Source: Macrostomum lignano
Taxonomy: Eukaryota
Assembly (NCBI GenBank): GCA_002269645.1
Contig: NIVC01003158.1
Span: 1 to 64,000, forward strand
Reading direction: 5' to 3'
DNA: 64,000 nucleotides
This document shows, piece after piece, positions 1 through 11,700 of the stretch. Position 1 is the first letter of the stretch. Each line of letters opens with the position of its first letter. Below the pieces are notes generated by a model, which made no database searches, had not been told where the DNA came from, and saw only the letters and a list, made by a program, of their open reading frames with translations. The position numbers and the translations under genes were made by a program.

Positions 1-165
1 GGAAAAGCAAAAAGCACAAGTGATAAAAAGGCATGGCTGTTGTGGCATAGCTGTTGTTGTTCAGACGTAAGGGCTATATGGCATGGCTGTTACGGAGTTG
101 TGTATCGACGACGGCAACTGAGTCTGGTGACTGAGCGATGTTGTCTTGCTTATTTAATACATGCA

Positions 166-933
166 TTTTCTAAGTGTGGAATGTCTTATATTTCTGAGCA
201 TCGGCTTTGTACACCATCTCTAAGTGTGGAATGTCTTATATTTCTGAGCAACGGCTTTGTACACCATTCTCTAAGTGTGGAATGTCTTATATTTCTGAGC
301 AACGGCTTGTACACCATTCTCTAAGTGTGGAATGTCTTATATTTCTGAGCAACGGCTTTGTACACCATTCTCTAAGTGTGTGAATGTCTTATATTTCTGA
401 GCATCGGCTTTGTACACACATTCTCTAAGTGTGGAATGTCTTATATTCTGAGCATCGGCTTTGTACACCATTCTCTAAGTGTGGAATGTCTTATATTTCT
501 GAGCATCGGCTTTGTACACCATTCTCTAAGTGTGGAATGTCTTATATTTCTGAGCATCGGCTTTGTACACCATTCTCTAAGTGTGGAATGTCTTATATTT
601 CTGAGCATCGGCTTTGTACACCATTCTCTAAGTGTGGAATGTCTTATATTTCTGAGCATCGGCTTTGTACACCATTCTCTAAGTGTGGAATGTCTTATAT
701 TTCTGAGCATCGGCTTGTACACCATTCTCTAAGTGTGGAATGTCTTATATTTCTGAGCATCGCTTTGTACACCATTCTCTAAGTGTGGAATGTCTTATAT
801 TTCTGAGCATCGGCTTTGTACACCATTCTCTAAAGTGTGGAATGTCTTATATTTCTGAGCATCGGCTTTGTACACCATTCTCTAAGTGTGGAATGTCTTA
901 TATTTCTGAGCATCGGCTTTGTACACCATTCTA
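166..933. repeat. Tandem minisatellite, ~15 copies of a 51-bp unit (TTCTCTAAGTGTGGAATGTCTTATATTTCTGAGCATCGGCTTTGTACACCA)
   Basis: Unit read directly; overlapping ORFs show a 17-aa periodicity (17x3=51); copies differ mostly by single-base deletions. Confidence 0.95.
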
Positions 934-1007
934 ACCAGAACTTGTGTCATAGACTAAAAGCTTGGTGACCAAAAAGCTTGGTGACCGGAGGGGTGGGTGG
1001 ATTCTAA

Positions 1008-1013
1008 AAATCG
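1008..1013 (+). other. Left target-site duplication AAATCG (right copy 17170-17175)
   Basis: Identical hexamer immediately outside both element ends; 6-bp TSDs are typical of Polinton retroviral-type integrases. Confidence 0.95.
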
Positions 1014-1693
1014 AGTAGAAGGCATGAGGGGGCTTCTAGGACAAAATTTTTCACCTCCTCCATAATCCCATTAAATCCATCTATATTATCCCTGACAGAA
1101 TCAGAAAAAAGGGGGTCGCACTCGCTCACAAAACGTCCTCCATAATCCCATTAAATCCATCCATATTATCCCCGACAGAATCATGAAAAAGGGAGGGGCC
1201 GCACTTGCTCCGAAAACTTCGAACATAATCCTATTAAATCCATCCATTATATCCCTGACAGAATCAGAGCATAACAGATGTCCACTAACACCTGTTATGC
1301 TCATTGACACCGACATCCACCCATAGCATCTTCGAAACAATCAGAAAATAATCTGCATTCTTCTTCCCACATTCAATTTGCAACGCGAAACCAGATCCCT
1401 AAAACTTTAAATCATCAGCGCAGGGTCCTTACCCATTGAAAAAAATCTAATTTTCTCTAAAAATGTTTCCAGTTGTCTCTCCAGGTTCTTATTACAAAAC
1501 GCACGAGCCTAATTACAAGAGTAAGTACCAATGCAGAAGAATGCAGCGAGTACATGAGAAAATATTGGCCCGACGTTGAATCAATGTCCCTAATATTAAT
1601 CTAGCTCTCCAAAGACATTGGTTTCATAAGTATGGAGTAGTCATTAACGATTACGACAGCTACTTAACTTTGCAGAAATCATTAGCAATTGTA
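1014..1693 (+). repeat. Left terminal inverted repeat (~680 bp) with three internal ~80-bp subrepeats (CATAATCCCATTAAATCCATC...GACAGAATCA)
   Basis: Reverse complement of 16480-17169 apart from about ten single-base differences, nearly all deletions in this copy. Confidence 0.95.
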
Positions 1694-1697
1694 TTTC

Positions 1698-2556
1698 TTA
1701 CATTCTCTCAATGATCAACGTCAATACAAACTCTTCACCGTTGAAATCAACACCCATCCCATCTTCAGTCTCAAACTGTAGCACAATCTCGTGAATCTCC
1801 TTATTACTCAATACAACTCTTTTCACTGGATTTGGTTTCTCTACCACCATCTGTCCTCCAGCTACAGAGTTGGAGATGTTGTACAAAATATTAGTTCGCT
1901 TTCCCTTAAATACCCAATCAAGACTGAGATTGCTTCTGATTAGAATATTCAAACCCTTTACAATGTCTGCATATTGGGTGCTAAGAACAAACCGCTTACG
2001 TTTCCCGGGCCATTTTAACGTCCCCGATGCTTGAGTGGCGGTCCGCGCCGCGGATTCTGCCTTATAAACTTTCTTCTCGAATCCCAGTTCCCTATACCAA
2101 GTGTCATCTTTAAACTCAACCTCCGCATCTTTGTGAACTTGCATGACCACTCTCATTACAGTGAGATCATAGGTTAGTTTGACAGGGAACAGTTTCTTCT
2201 CTGGCTTACTCGCATCAGGTGTCTCAAAATGGCCTCTCTTAGTAAAGACATTTTCTAGAAAGTTATTGTAGGTATCCACACTTTGCGTGCTCACATGGAA
2301 TACCACAGGGTCTGCTGCTGCACCTTTCCATTTGTAATAAAACTTATTATTTGCTGCCATCACATTGGGAACGTTTGACCAACCAGTGAAGTCGTTAAGA
2401 TAGACATGGTAATTAGCGCCTGGATCCAGGCGAATCGCCTGCTCTAATTTTTCAACAAATCCCGTTTGAGTCATTAATTCGCCCAGTTATTGTAATAGGA
2501 ATGCTCTCCTTAGAGTGTGAAACAATGTTGTTTAGTCTTTCGGCTATAGCTTCCAT
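1698..2556 (-). CDS. Minor capsid protein (penton, single jelly-roll); one frameshift near 2480
   Basis: ORF 1698..2474 has Polinton penton-like motifs (IRLD..ANYHVYL, NV.AANNKFYY, VEKPNPV, VDFNGEEFVLTLII); upstream AAAAATG at 2556 gives MEAIAERLNNIVSHSKESIPITITG in another frame. Confidence 0.75.
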
Positions 2557-2577
2557 TTTTTGTCCTAAAAAAAATAT

Positions 2578-3855
2578 TTAAACTTTACTGGATGAATTGT
2601 TGATCATGTTAAGCTTCACCTTCCTCTCAAATGCATAGATAATGTACAGGTCCACGGGTGTTGCGGCAGTCCTTCAATGTTAGTCACGATATTCACAGGG
2701 CTGTTATCAGTAGGCATTTGTCTGGCAGACACATCAGCGCCAAACATCGGATATAGAGTTCCATATTGAAGAGCAGTGATAGCAATTCCATTGTTCTCTT
2801 TCACAGCCAAGTCGACCAACTCGCTGTAAAATTTGCTAATCTTGTTCTGACTGAAATCTCCATTTTGTGGCAGTGCAGGGTAAAGATTATCACTGATTTC
2901 ATGCTGAATGGACCGCACGTCTCCATGCATGTAGCGTATAATGCTATTTGGGTTTCTCATATTAATAATGATATACCTTGGATTGCTGCATGATCCCTCT
3001 TTAATGCAGATGTTTGTTCTAGTTTCGTTTCGCTCATCTCGACACATGTAGGCCGTGTATGCAACATCAATGTCCTTCTCTATTGCCTTAGATAGTCCGC
3101 TTTTAGTGCAGTCTTTGGCTCAATGACTTCCAAATACAGCTCGATTCCGGTTAGCTTCAGCCATCCCAGTGTGGTCCGCCCAGTCCACAACACTCTACTG
3201 CGATCATCTCTAGTCATCTAAAGTGTAGCTAAAGTTACTAGTCAGTCGATTAAATGTATTACAGAATCCACTCATGAATCTCAATGGTACAAATACATCA
3301 ACAGACCGATACAGCGGGTTCTTAGCAGCATCATCAGCACCTTGCAATGCATAGTTGTATCTCTTCTTCCTCTTTTTATAGCCACTGTCATTGATGTCTC
3401 CTTCTTTTTCATCTGCATAAAACCCGCACCACTTCCCAACTGAATAAAATCAGGATTCTCGATCAAACAATGAGCGTCATAGACAATTCCAAAGTTGGCG
3501 ATTCGCTCCAACTCAGTGCTCCCATTCGATACACTAAACTCCTTGAACATGTACGCCCAAAAGTTACTGATCAGAGCCACATCCGCATCATGCTTGTCAA
3601 CGTTAGCACGAGCCGCATCCGCACCACCCTTTGTCTTGAATTGAAATGTCATATGGAAGCCGCTCTTAAGACTGTGCACACTAACCAAAGACGAACATCC
3701 ATTGTATGTAAATGTCAGTGTTTGGCCAGGACCAAGATTAGTTTCATTCTGATTTTCCTGACTGGGAACTCTTACCTGAGTCGCTTTGATTGTGCTATCA
3801 TCACTCAAAATAGGCTTGTTAATTTGTAGAAAACTGGTGTCAGTGGGTCGTTCAT
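2578..3855 (-). CDS. Major capsid protein (hexon-like double jelly-roll), ~425 aa, split by several frameshifts
   Basis: Fragments 3281..3808 (LISNFWAYMFKEFSV...ELERIANFG) and 2616..3047 (LYPALP, YPMFGADVS) resemble Polinton MCP; ATG at 3855 (MNDPL...) and an alternative-frame end IYAFERKVKLNMINNSSSKV* at 2578. Confidence 0.75.
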
Positions 3856-3885
3856 TTTTTAACTAAAAATAAAATAAAATAAGAA

Positions 3886-5092
3886 ATGAAGCGAAAAAGT
3901 ACACAGCAGATATCTGAATTGGAGAAGCTAGCACAAGCAGAGAAACGAGTTACCGGGCTAATAAATAAGGAGCAACAATCCTACAATGAGTTTGTCCAAG
4001 CAGCCACAGAGTTTCATAAGCCCGGGTATGGAGAAGCTAAGAAAAATATTGATCAGGTCAAAGAAACTATCGACGACATACAGGAAACCCAAGTGCAAAA
4101 GGTTTTGGGCAAAATTCCAGAAGCACCACAGATACGCCGCAACCACAGACACAACCGCAACCACAACAATCACAACCACAACAATCACAACCACAACAAC
4201 AAACTAAAAGTGACAGATAATATTTTTGGACCAGTAGAGCGTGTAGAACATGATGGGAAATATGTATTTGGAATAAGTGTGTGGAGAAAAACATTTATAA
4301 TGAACCAGTGGAATATTATATCGACATAAATAAGGAAAATATTTCTGTTGTCAAAGGCTCAGAAACTATGAAAATTCCTTTCACAGACACCTTACTGACT
4401 TTTATGACCAAGAACCAAGAGAAATCTCGAGAAGCAGCTAAAGAACTACAGAAATCTAGTGACTTTTGCTCTTGCTAGAGATATAGAAATACTAAAGGTC
4501 CCAGAAGTTTTGAAACACATGTACGATAGCGGTGTCAACCTGACTAAATTCAAAAAGTACAAGCACTTTAAACAATGGTTCGGTTTGCCAGATCAGGCGG
4601 AAGTCATAAAATATCTAGAACAAACAACAGCAACAGCAACCGCCACAACAGCAGCAACATTCCATAGAAGAACAAGTACTCAGTCAACTCGAGCAGTTAG
4701 ACCTTTGAAAGTAGCTGAATATAAAAACAAACCCGACAGACTGGCAACACTTAGAACAACACTCTCCAGATCGAATGAACAGAATCAAGCAAAGAGTTTT
4801 CACACCTCAACAAAGACAGGCACCACATGACAGTTCCATCTCTGAAAGTGAGCAGTCTTTTGCATCACCTCCCCAGCAGCTACAAGCCCAACCAACTCCA
4901 CAACCCCAAGACCAACCGCCCTCAACTGGAAAAGGAATTTCTGAAATCTACAAGCGAGTAGCGGTTCTTCTAGGAGCAGCAAAGACCGGAATGAAAGATG
5001 AAAATAGAAAAGAATTTGTCAACATCCTGGACAAGATGCTTGAGAGAAAATATATCGATAAAGAGCAAGAGAACTTTGCTTTCGCGGTTTAA
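3886..5092 (+). CDS. Conserved Polinton protein (~400 aa, Q/P-rich linkers), split into four overlapping ORFs by frameshifts
   Basis: ORFs 3886..4329, 4281..4478, 4459..4830 and 4775..5092 overlap head-to-tail; C-terminus GKGISEIYKRVAVLLGAAKTG...EFVNILDKMLERKYI resembles a helical motif common in Polintons; CAA/CCA-rich repeats. Confidence 0.55.
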
Positions 5093-5117
5093 CAAAAAAT
5101 AAATTTCTATTTAAAAA

Positions 5118-5465
5118 ATGCCAATTATTTTCGAAAAAGACATTGACAAATACTATGACAAAGAGGAACTTAATCTCATTAAACGCGGATCTGGACTTTT
5201 CCCTGCAGGCCACTATCCAAGAAAAGAACGCTCAGGGAACGGTCTTGCCGATTTGATCGCTCAGGGGGCCAAGATTTTTAAGGTCATTGGAGAGAACAAA
5301 GAGAACATCAAGAACGTTGCCGAAGCGGCTGGCAGTGTAGCCACAGCAGCCAAAAAGATAAAGGATACTGTAACACCTAAACAAGAGATTCAGCCTCCAC
5401 TGGCCCGCTGGCTCCATTGGCCCCAAATCCAGACAGTGTGGACCCTGCAGTCTATGAGAAGATGA
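5118..5465 (+). CDS. Small virion protein with GxG motifs and an amphipathic, cupiennin-/pVI-like segment
   Basis: KRGSGLF and RSGNG followed by LADLIAQGAKIFKVIGENKENIKNVAEAAGSVATAAKKIK (amphipathic, Lys/Ala-rich). C-terminus may be frameshifted. Confidence 0.5.
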   Translation: MPIIFEKDIDKYYDKEELNLIKRGSGLFPAGHYPRKERSGNGLADLIAQGAKIFKVIGENKENIKNVAEAAGSVATAAKKIKDTVTPKQEIQPPLARWLHWPQIQTVWTLQSMRR

Positions 5466-5532
5466 GGGCTAGCATTAAAAAAGGAAGTGGTTTCAAATTT
5501 GACTAAAGGGTACTTTCCGAGGGTACAAGACT

Positions 5533-5699
5533 AGTCCCGAAATGACACATCTAAGTCCCAAAATGACACATCTAAGTCCAAAATGACACATCTAAGTCCC
5601 GAAATGACACATCTAAGTCCCGAAATGACACAATTAAGTACCAAAATGACACATCTAAGTCCCAAAATGACACATCTAAGCCCGAAATGACACATCTAA
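5533..5699. repeat. Eight tandem copies of a ~21-bp unit (AGTCCCGAAATGACACATCTA) upstream of the packaging ATPase
   Basis: Read directly from the sequence. Confidence 0.9.
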
Positions 5700-5737
5700 A
5701 TTATTTATTATTTAAATTTTTTTTCATCATAGAAAAA

Positions 5738-6538
5738 ATGGACTTTTCAAACGACTTCAATCCTCACTGGACGCGTAATCAGATTAAGTTTTCTCATCAC
5801 GAGTCAATTCCGAGTCACTTCAGATGCATTGTTGTTGGTTCATCAGGTTCAGGTAAAACATTCAGAGTCTTTAACATGCTTCTTAGACCTGGCTTTATCG
5901 ACTATGACACTCTGCACATCTACTCTCCCACACTGTATCAAGATGAGTATAAAATGTTGATTTCTGGATTGCAAAACAAACTGCACAAAGAGGACATTAT
6001 TGCATGTTTTAATAACCAAATGAGCCTTCCCAGTAACCCTGAAATTGTAGCTGCTGAATATGCAAAGCACCTCAAAGACAATGAAAAATGGCAGAACATT
6101 AAAGTGTTCACCTATGGAGATCCACAGGCTGATCCAAAGACCAAACTTCTACCCCAACCAGATGAGCTAGAAAAGGGGAGAAAGCATTTGATCGTCTTTG
6201 ATGATTGTATGACAGGCCCACAGAAGCAGATAGAAAACTATTTTACAAGAGGGCGACATAACAATTGCAATGTAATTTACATTGCACAGAATTGGTTCGA
6301 GCTCCCGAACAAAACAATTCGTGGGAACTGCAATCTGATTCTCCTGTTTCCAACCATTCCACAGGACAGGCTAAAAAGATTTTACAATGAGGTCATTGCG
6401 CCTGCCTATTTCATAAATCCAACAAAAAACTCAAGCAGAAAGATTTCACAAGAGGAATTCGTTAATCTTTGCTATGACAAGTGGAATCAGCCTTACCAGT
6501 TTGTGATTATCAGCAAAGAAAAAAGAACTGTAATTTAA
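5738..6538 (+). CDS. A32/FtsK-like DNA packaging ATPase
   Basis: Walker A GSSGSGKT, Walker B LIVFDD, A32 motif RGRHNNCNVIYIAQ; probable start MDFSNDF at 5738 because the ORF-track start lies inside the tandem repeat. Confidence 0.92.
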   Translation: MDFSNDFNPHWTRNQIKFSHHESIPSHFRCIVVGSSGSGKTFRVFNMLLRPGFIDYDTLHIYSPTLYQDEYKMLISGLQNKLHKEDIIACFNNQMSLPSNPEIVAAEYAKHLKDNEKWQNIKVFTYGDPQADPKTKLLPQPDELEKGRKHLIVFDDCMTGPQKQIENYFTRGRHNNCNVIYIAQNWFELPNKTIRGNCNLILLFPTIPQDRLKRFYNEVIAPAYFINPTKNSSRKISQEEFVNLCYDKWNQPYQFVIISKEKRTVI

Positions 6539-6554
6539 AATTTGCTATTAAAAG

Positions 6555-7372
6555 ATGTCGATAAACTTTGCAGGTGAATCCATTTCTGGCAACAGCGCTC
6601 TTACATCAGCTCAGATATCCATCCTTGACAGGCGATATATCAACAGCGACGAAAAGATCCCAGAGATCAAACTGAATAAAAACAGACTGAAAGCCCTAGA
6701 GCGCTCCATGCACCAGTTGCAAATAAACATGGAAGATCTCAGGCTTAAAGTAGCTAGGCAGAAGTTTGAAAGTGATAAGCTTTATGCGCCGTTGTTAAAC
6801 GCAACTAATGAACTAAGGTCAGAAATAACTTCGATAGTCTCGCTAATCAACGGCTTGAGATCATCAGTTAATCTTCTGGAAATTCCACTGATAGACGGAT
6901 GCGTATTCTCGAAGGAGGAGTTTTCACAAACACAGCTAAAGTAAATAATTTAGAAGAGTTCATGAACCAGTCAACAGCGTTGCATGATAGAATTAAAGAA
7001 AACGTCGCAACCAACACAGTTAAAGTCAATACTTTAGAAGAGTTCATGACTCAGTCAACATCGTTGCATGATCGAATCAAAGAAAGACTTGATGCATTAG
7101 AGAGAAACGATGTATCACACAGTAGCTATCTAAACGGAATGTATAGCTCTTGGGGTAAAATAATAAGGAGGCTTGATCGTCTGGAGAGAACACTCAATCT
7201 TCGTGATATTGCTATTGATGAAGCAGAATCTGCTGCTCGTCCGGTCATGTCTACAGATCGAGTAGAAGGAGCTCTGGACCCCGACGGAGTAATCCGGCAC
7301 GCTCTCAAACGTCAGCCGCCCAGCCGCTGCCTGCTGGACTCGCGATCCTCCGGCGTCACGAGAGCCGCCTAG
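6555..7372 (+). CDS. Coiled-coil protein of unknown function (two overlapping ORFs, probably one frameshifted gene)
   Basis: 6555..6944 and 6899..7372 overlap; heptad-like pattern and an internal repeat TNTAKVNNLEEFMNQSTALHDRIKE / TNTVKVNTLEEFMTQSTSLHDRIKE. Confidence 0.5.
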
Positions 7373-7464
7373 ACAACCGGCGGTGCAGATGGAATTATCA
7401 AAAAGAAAACAGATCTTTCAACCGGATAGTTTTATAATTTTTATTATTTTTTCTAGAGAAAAAA

Positions 7465-8248
7465 ATGGCCCAACAAAATTCTCTATACGATCAGTCTCAA
7501 TATGCTGAACCTAAAATACCGACAGCACCAAACTCAATGGCACCGAATTCGAACACACAAAACCTGGCACCGAATCTGAATGCATCGAATCTGAATGCAC
7601 CTCAATATTCAGACCGACTTTACCCCGTCATTACTTGTAACTCTCAACAGTTTCGACTGGTGGAGATTCAAAAAATGCGCGATGATCTTGAAAAAAATAT
7701 TTTCCACAACACAAAGAAAATTAAGCGCTATGACAACCACTGTAAATTTTTCGACTACAGCAATATGATTCTAGGATCTGTGTCTGTTCTATCTGGATCT
7801 GCTGCAGCTGTCTCAGTGTTGCCAGCCATCACAGCCCCAATCGCAATTCCACTTGGTTCAGTAGGTGCTGCATGTGGACTTATTTCAGCAATTACTGGAG
7901 CAGTAGCGCGAAACAGGCGAAAAAAACTAAAGCAGCTACAGGAGAAGCAAGTAAAAGAGAAAGGGGTGCACACATCAATCATAGGGTACATTTCAAGGCA
8001 ATCGAGATAAGTTCATTTCAGAGGATGAGTTCAAAACCATTCAGGATCTTTATGAACAATCAATTCGAATGAACTTGAACATGGTCGGTACTGATGACAT
8101 GAGTCAGCTGAAAAATGAACTCGAGAAAGTTTTTCAACATTATGTGGAAAGAAAGTCGGCGAAAAATTCGGCAAGAAATTCGCAAGAAGGACGACGAGGA
8201 ATGCACAATGAACCCTATGAAACACAGCCAAGAATAATTTCCTTGTAG
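7465..8248 (+). CDS. Putative membrane-active protein resembling the adintovirus 'GasderminX'-type gene; frameshift near 8005
   Basis: QQFRLVEIQKMRD motif, long hydrophobic Gly/Ala/Ser hairpin (ILGSVSVLSGSAAAV...CGLISAITGAV), basic RRKKLK, and an alternative-frame continuation DKFISEDEFKTIQ. Family assignment is from recalled similarity, not a search. Confidence 0.55.
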
Positions 8249-8616
8249 GTCTTTCGTGTTTTGGTCATTGCATACAAAACAGTCATGCACAGCTCACCGC
8301 AAATATCACTGCTAAGACCTTGGAGAATAAAGTCTGAGCGATAAATTTTTTGATTATTTTTTCCCTTCATATAATTTCTTAGCTCTTCTGGTACTGCCGT
8401 CCCATAGCTATCGAAGTAATAACACTTGTGCTTGCGATCGGGATCAATCACCCAGCAAACCCAATGAGATCCTGGCTTATCGGTGGTGTCAAAGTTCATG
8501 ATGCCGCATTCTTTTCTTAGAGGAAAATCAGGCAGAGTGTCCCTCATAAATATTCCTCTAAAGTTTGGGATTTCCAGTTCGTTAGCCAAATCTTCAAGAA
8601 AGTTATTTGTTGTCAT
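8215..8616 (-). CDS. Adenain-like (Ulp1 family) maturation cysteine protease
   Basis: FRGIFMRD, GSHWVC (His), YFDSYG (Asp), LQGLSSDICG (Gln/Cys): catalytic residues intact. Probable start MTTNN at 8616; the ORF track extends to 8670. Confidence 0.92.
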   Translation of the reverse strand: MTTNNFLEDLANELEIPNFRGIFMRDTLPDFPLRKECGIMNFDTTDKPGSHWVCWVIDPDRKHKCYYFDSYGTAVPEELRNYMKGKNNQKIYRSDFILQGLSSDICGELCMTVLYAMTKTRKTYKEIILGCVS

Positions 8617-8702
8617 TTTTATGTCATTTTTTATGAGGTTTATTAAACTTTCTCTTAAACCTAAACCCAACCTCCTAATCTCCTAATCTCCAGTGCCCGA
8701 AT

Positions 8703-11700
8703 CTAACCTCCACCTCCTAAGCCTAATCTCCAATGCCCGAACGGTAGACTGTTAATGTTGTCATCAAAAATGAATCTCTTGTTATCTGCACCTGACAGTC
8801 CAATCTTCTTTTGCTGAATTGTGTGAATAATATGGTTTTTAGATTGTAGCTTTGAGAACTCATGTGATGTCTTTTTGTTGCAATTCAAGGCGTCTCTGTA
8901 TTCAGCTTCATTAATTTCCTTCCTAACCACACGTTTCGGAATTCCCTTTGATTTTTTAATTGGGTCTGACGACTCACATTTTACAAAATAGGACTTTGCT
9001 CTCAACCCAATGAATTCAGTGATTATGTCACCAGCAATCTCGTCCTTCATTTTCCCAATCACTTTCTTGTTAGTAGCGTCAAACACTTGATCGCCATTCT
9101 GTGTCCTGAAAGATTCATCATACTCAGACAAGTCAAACAAATCTTTTTGCTGCAGCATGTCCTGATAAATGTCTTCTGTTTGAATGTCCATAATAAAACT
9201 GTCTGTGTCAGTGTACAAGAGTTTCATTTTATCCTTGTACTGCTGCTTCATGCCATAGAAGAACTGGTACATCAGACGTTTTGATTCGTCGAGAACAGTG
9301 ACACCTGTATAGATCGGCTTGCGCAGCGTCACCTTGGTTTTGTAAAATATGATCACACCTAAGTAGCTATTAAAGATATGGAGTTCTTTGAATGTTGGCT
9401 TTGACATATTTGCCTGAATAACAGCAGGCTCTGATGAGGTAACAAGTTTCAGGTTTGTTCTTTTCCGCTCATTCTCAAGAGTCTTGCCATAGACAGAGTT
9501 GTTGGCCAACTTAAAGAGGTTCTTGTCAAAGTCGTTGGTTGCTTTGGTCCTAAACTGGGTGTTCTTATCAATGTAGGGTTTCATCCACGCTTCCTCTGTA
9601 AATGTAAGAGCCCGTGAACTTTGGTGACCCTGCAACCAAGTGAGATAAAATACTGAAGCAGTTTGTAATGGATTTTGTAACGTGTCTTGTTGTTTAGATT
9701 CTGTGTTAGTTTTCTGTATGTTCTTTTTCTGTTCCTGACAGGTGCCAAGTTCCATTATTATCATTGGGAGTTTCGATTATTTTCGGGCACTTGATGTTCT
9801 CTGGGAAGGGTGGAAAGTCAGAGAAATAGTCGTGAAGCTCTGGTGGAATGTAAACATCAACTTCATAAATGGCAGCCAATGAAAAGTCCCGTTTGAATTC
9901 TGATGAGGGTAGCCATCGAAAATCTCTAACTGGAAGATCTTGACTCATCGCCCACCCGTAGAGATTATTAGCGTCCAAGTAAGTAATGTAGTTTGAGGGC
10001 TGCTCCTTATTGTAAGATTCAATGTAGGGATTGTTTGCTTTTGCATATCTATGGGTGCAAATTGAGATCCCCCCTCGCTTTGACGATTCGACAAAATTGT
10101 ACATGTCAATGTCTGTAAGAAGTTCAATGTACCAATCTGGATCTTGATCCCATTTCATTTTAAGCAAAGATTCCCAGCTAGTGGCAGGCAGAGACACATA
10201 ATGTGCTGGATCGAGGCCATATGCTGTGTACCAGGTGTATCTGAAGGTTTCAAACACATCAGCCAGCAGAAACACATCTGTGTAGAGGTAAAGCAGGTGA
10301 TACTGGAAGAAGTTTTGACAATTAAAGAATTATAGACATGCTTCGCGTGCTCATAGTCTTTGTCAGAGATTCCAGAGTCTGTTAGCTTTGAAAAGAACTT
10401 CTCCTGTGGTGGTAAACCTTCTTCAAATACGTGATACCCAGTAATATTTTCATAGGGGTAGAAGCCTTTGGTTCTCAGGAGTTTAAATGATTCATCACTG
10501 TTGTTAATTTTACTTGCAAACATCTTTGTATATGTACATTGTTCATCTTTTAGATTCTTGCTTAGTTCGTCTAGACTGGCAGCTAGAAATTGATATGAAT
10601 CCTTCAGTCTTATTTTACCTGTACCCGAACCTTCACCTTTACCCGAATTATCCTGTTTAATATCAACACACTTAAACTTCTCCTTGTTCTCTGCGATGCA
10701 GTCAAGGTGTATGTCTGGAATCATGCCGATTTTTTCAACTATTAAATGCATGTCATAGTTCTTTGCGTTGTGACAAAATATCGTTAGATCATGAATGTTC
10801 GATTTTAGCTTTAGATTACAGGTGTTATGCGCTGCACCTCTAAATTTCCCAGTAAAGTGGCAGTGGTCCCTAACGGTGGGGTTTTTAATATTAGTGCAAG
10901 TTAAATGTTTCCTGCAGATGTGGCAATGAGTTGCTGATAGGAAATTGCTTTCATCCTCCTCAGTCATCATTATTGGAACAGGTTGAAGGGTGCTAATCAC
11001 TTTTTGCAACTCTAACATTCTGGCAATAAACTGCTCCACACACTGCTCTCCAAAGAAATAATTATACTCAACAAGTCCTTTTGTATTAATAAAGGCATAT
11101 GCTACTGAATTGGGGACATGTTTTTGATTTGAGTTTGTTTTTGTGTTTGAGTTTGTTTTTGAGTTTCTGGCATGATTGAGCATTCGAAATCAGCATATAC
11201 AACAAATGGGAGCTTCTCCATCTTGTGATAGTTCTTAAACCGGAGATATTCTCTTCAGCTGAAGGAAGAGAGCAGTTTGTTGGGTGATCCTCGCATGATA
11301 ATTCATGCTCTGTTAGTTTTTCAAAGCGTTCAGGTCCACTGTAATGCTTAAGGCACAAGCGGCAGATGGCAACAGCCTCGTGATGATTATTAACTGCTTG
11401 TGAATGAGTCTTGAAAGATCTTTAATCCAAACATAGTGAGCCTCCTCTAGTAAATTACCAATCACTAGAAGATCCACTTCAGTCCGCCTTTTCCCCTCGG
11501 ATCTAAAACGTCTTTGCTACATCTGACCGGTTGAACTTTCTCAGTTTTTTCACTCCATTCAAAGACTGTGATTCTAATTTTGTTATTAAACACTTCTTCT
11601 AGCTTTGAGATCTGAGAGATCGCCAAGCCTCCTTTGTCAAACCTGATTCCCTTCTTTTCGCATTCGATGAGATAGTAGTTGAAATAATTTTGATAATTTG

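Noticed and set aside
166-933. CRISPR-like regular array
   Set aside because: Units are head-to-tail with no unique spacers, the DNA is eukaryotic and there are no cas genes; it is a minisatellite, and the ORFs over it are artefacts.
5687-5737. ORF-track start of the ATPase (MTHLNYLL...)
   Set aside because: Lies within the 21-bp repeat and T-tract; ATG 5738 has the shared AAAAATG context.
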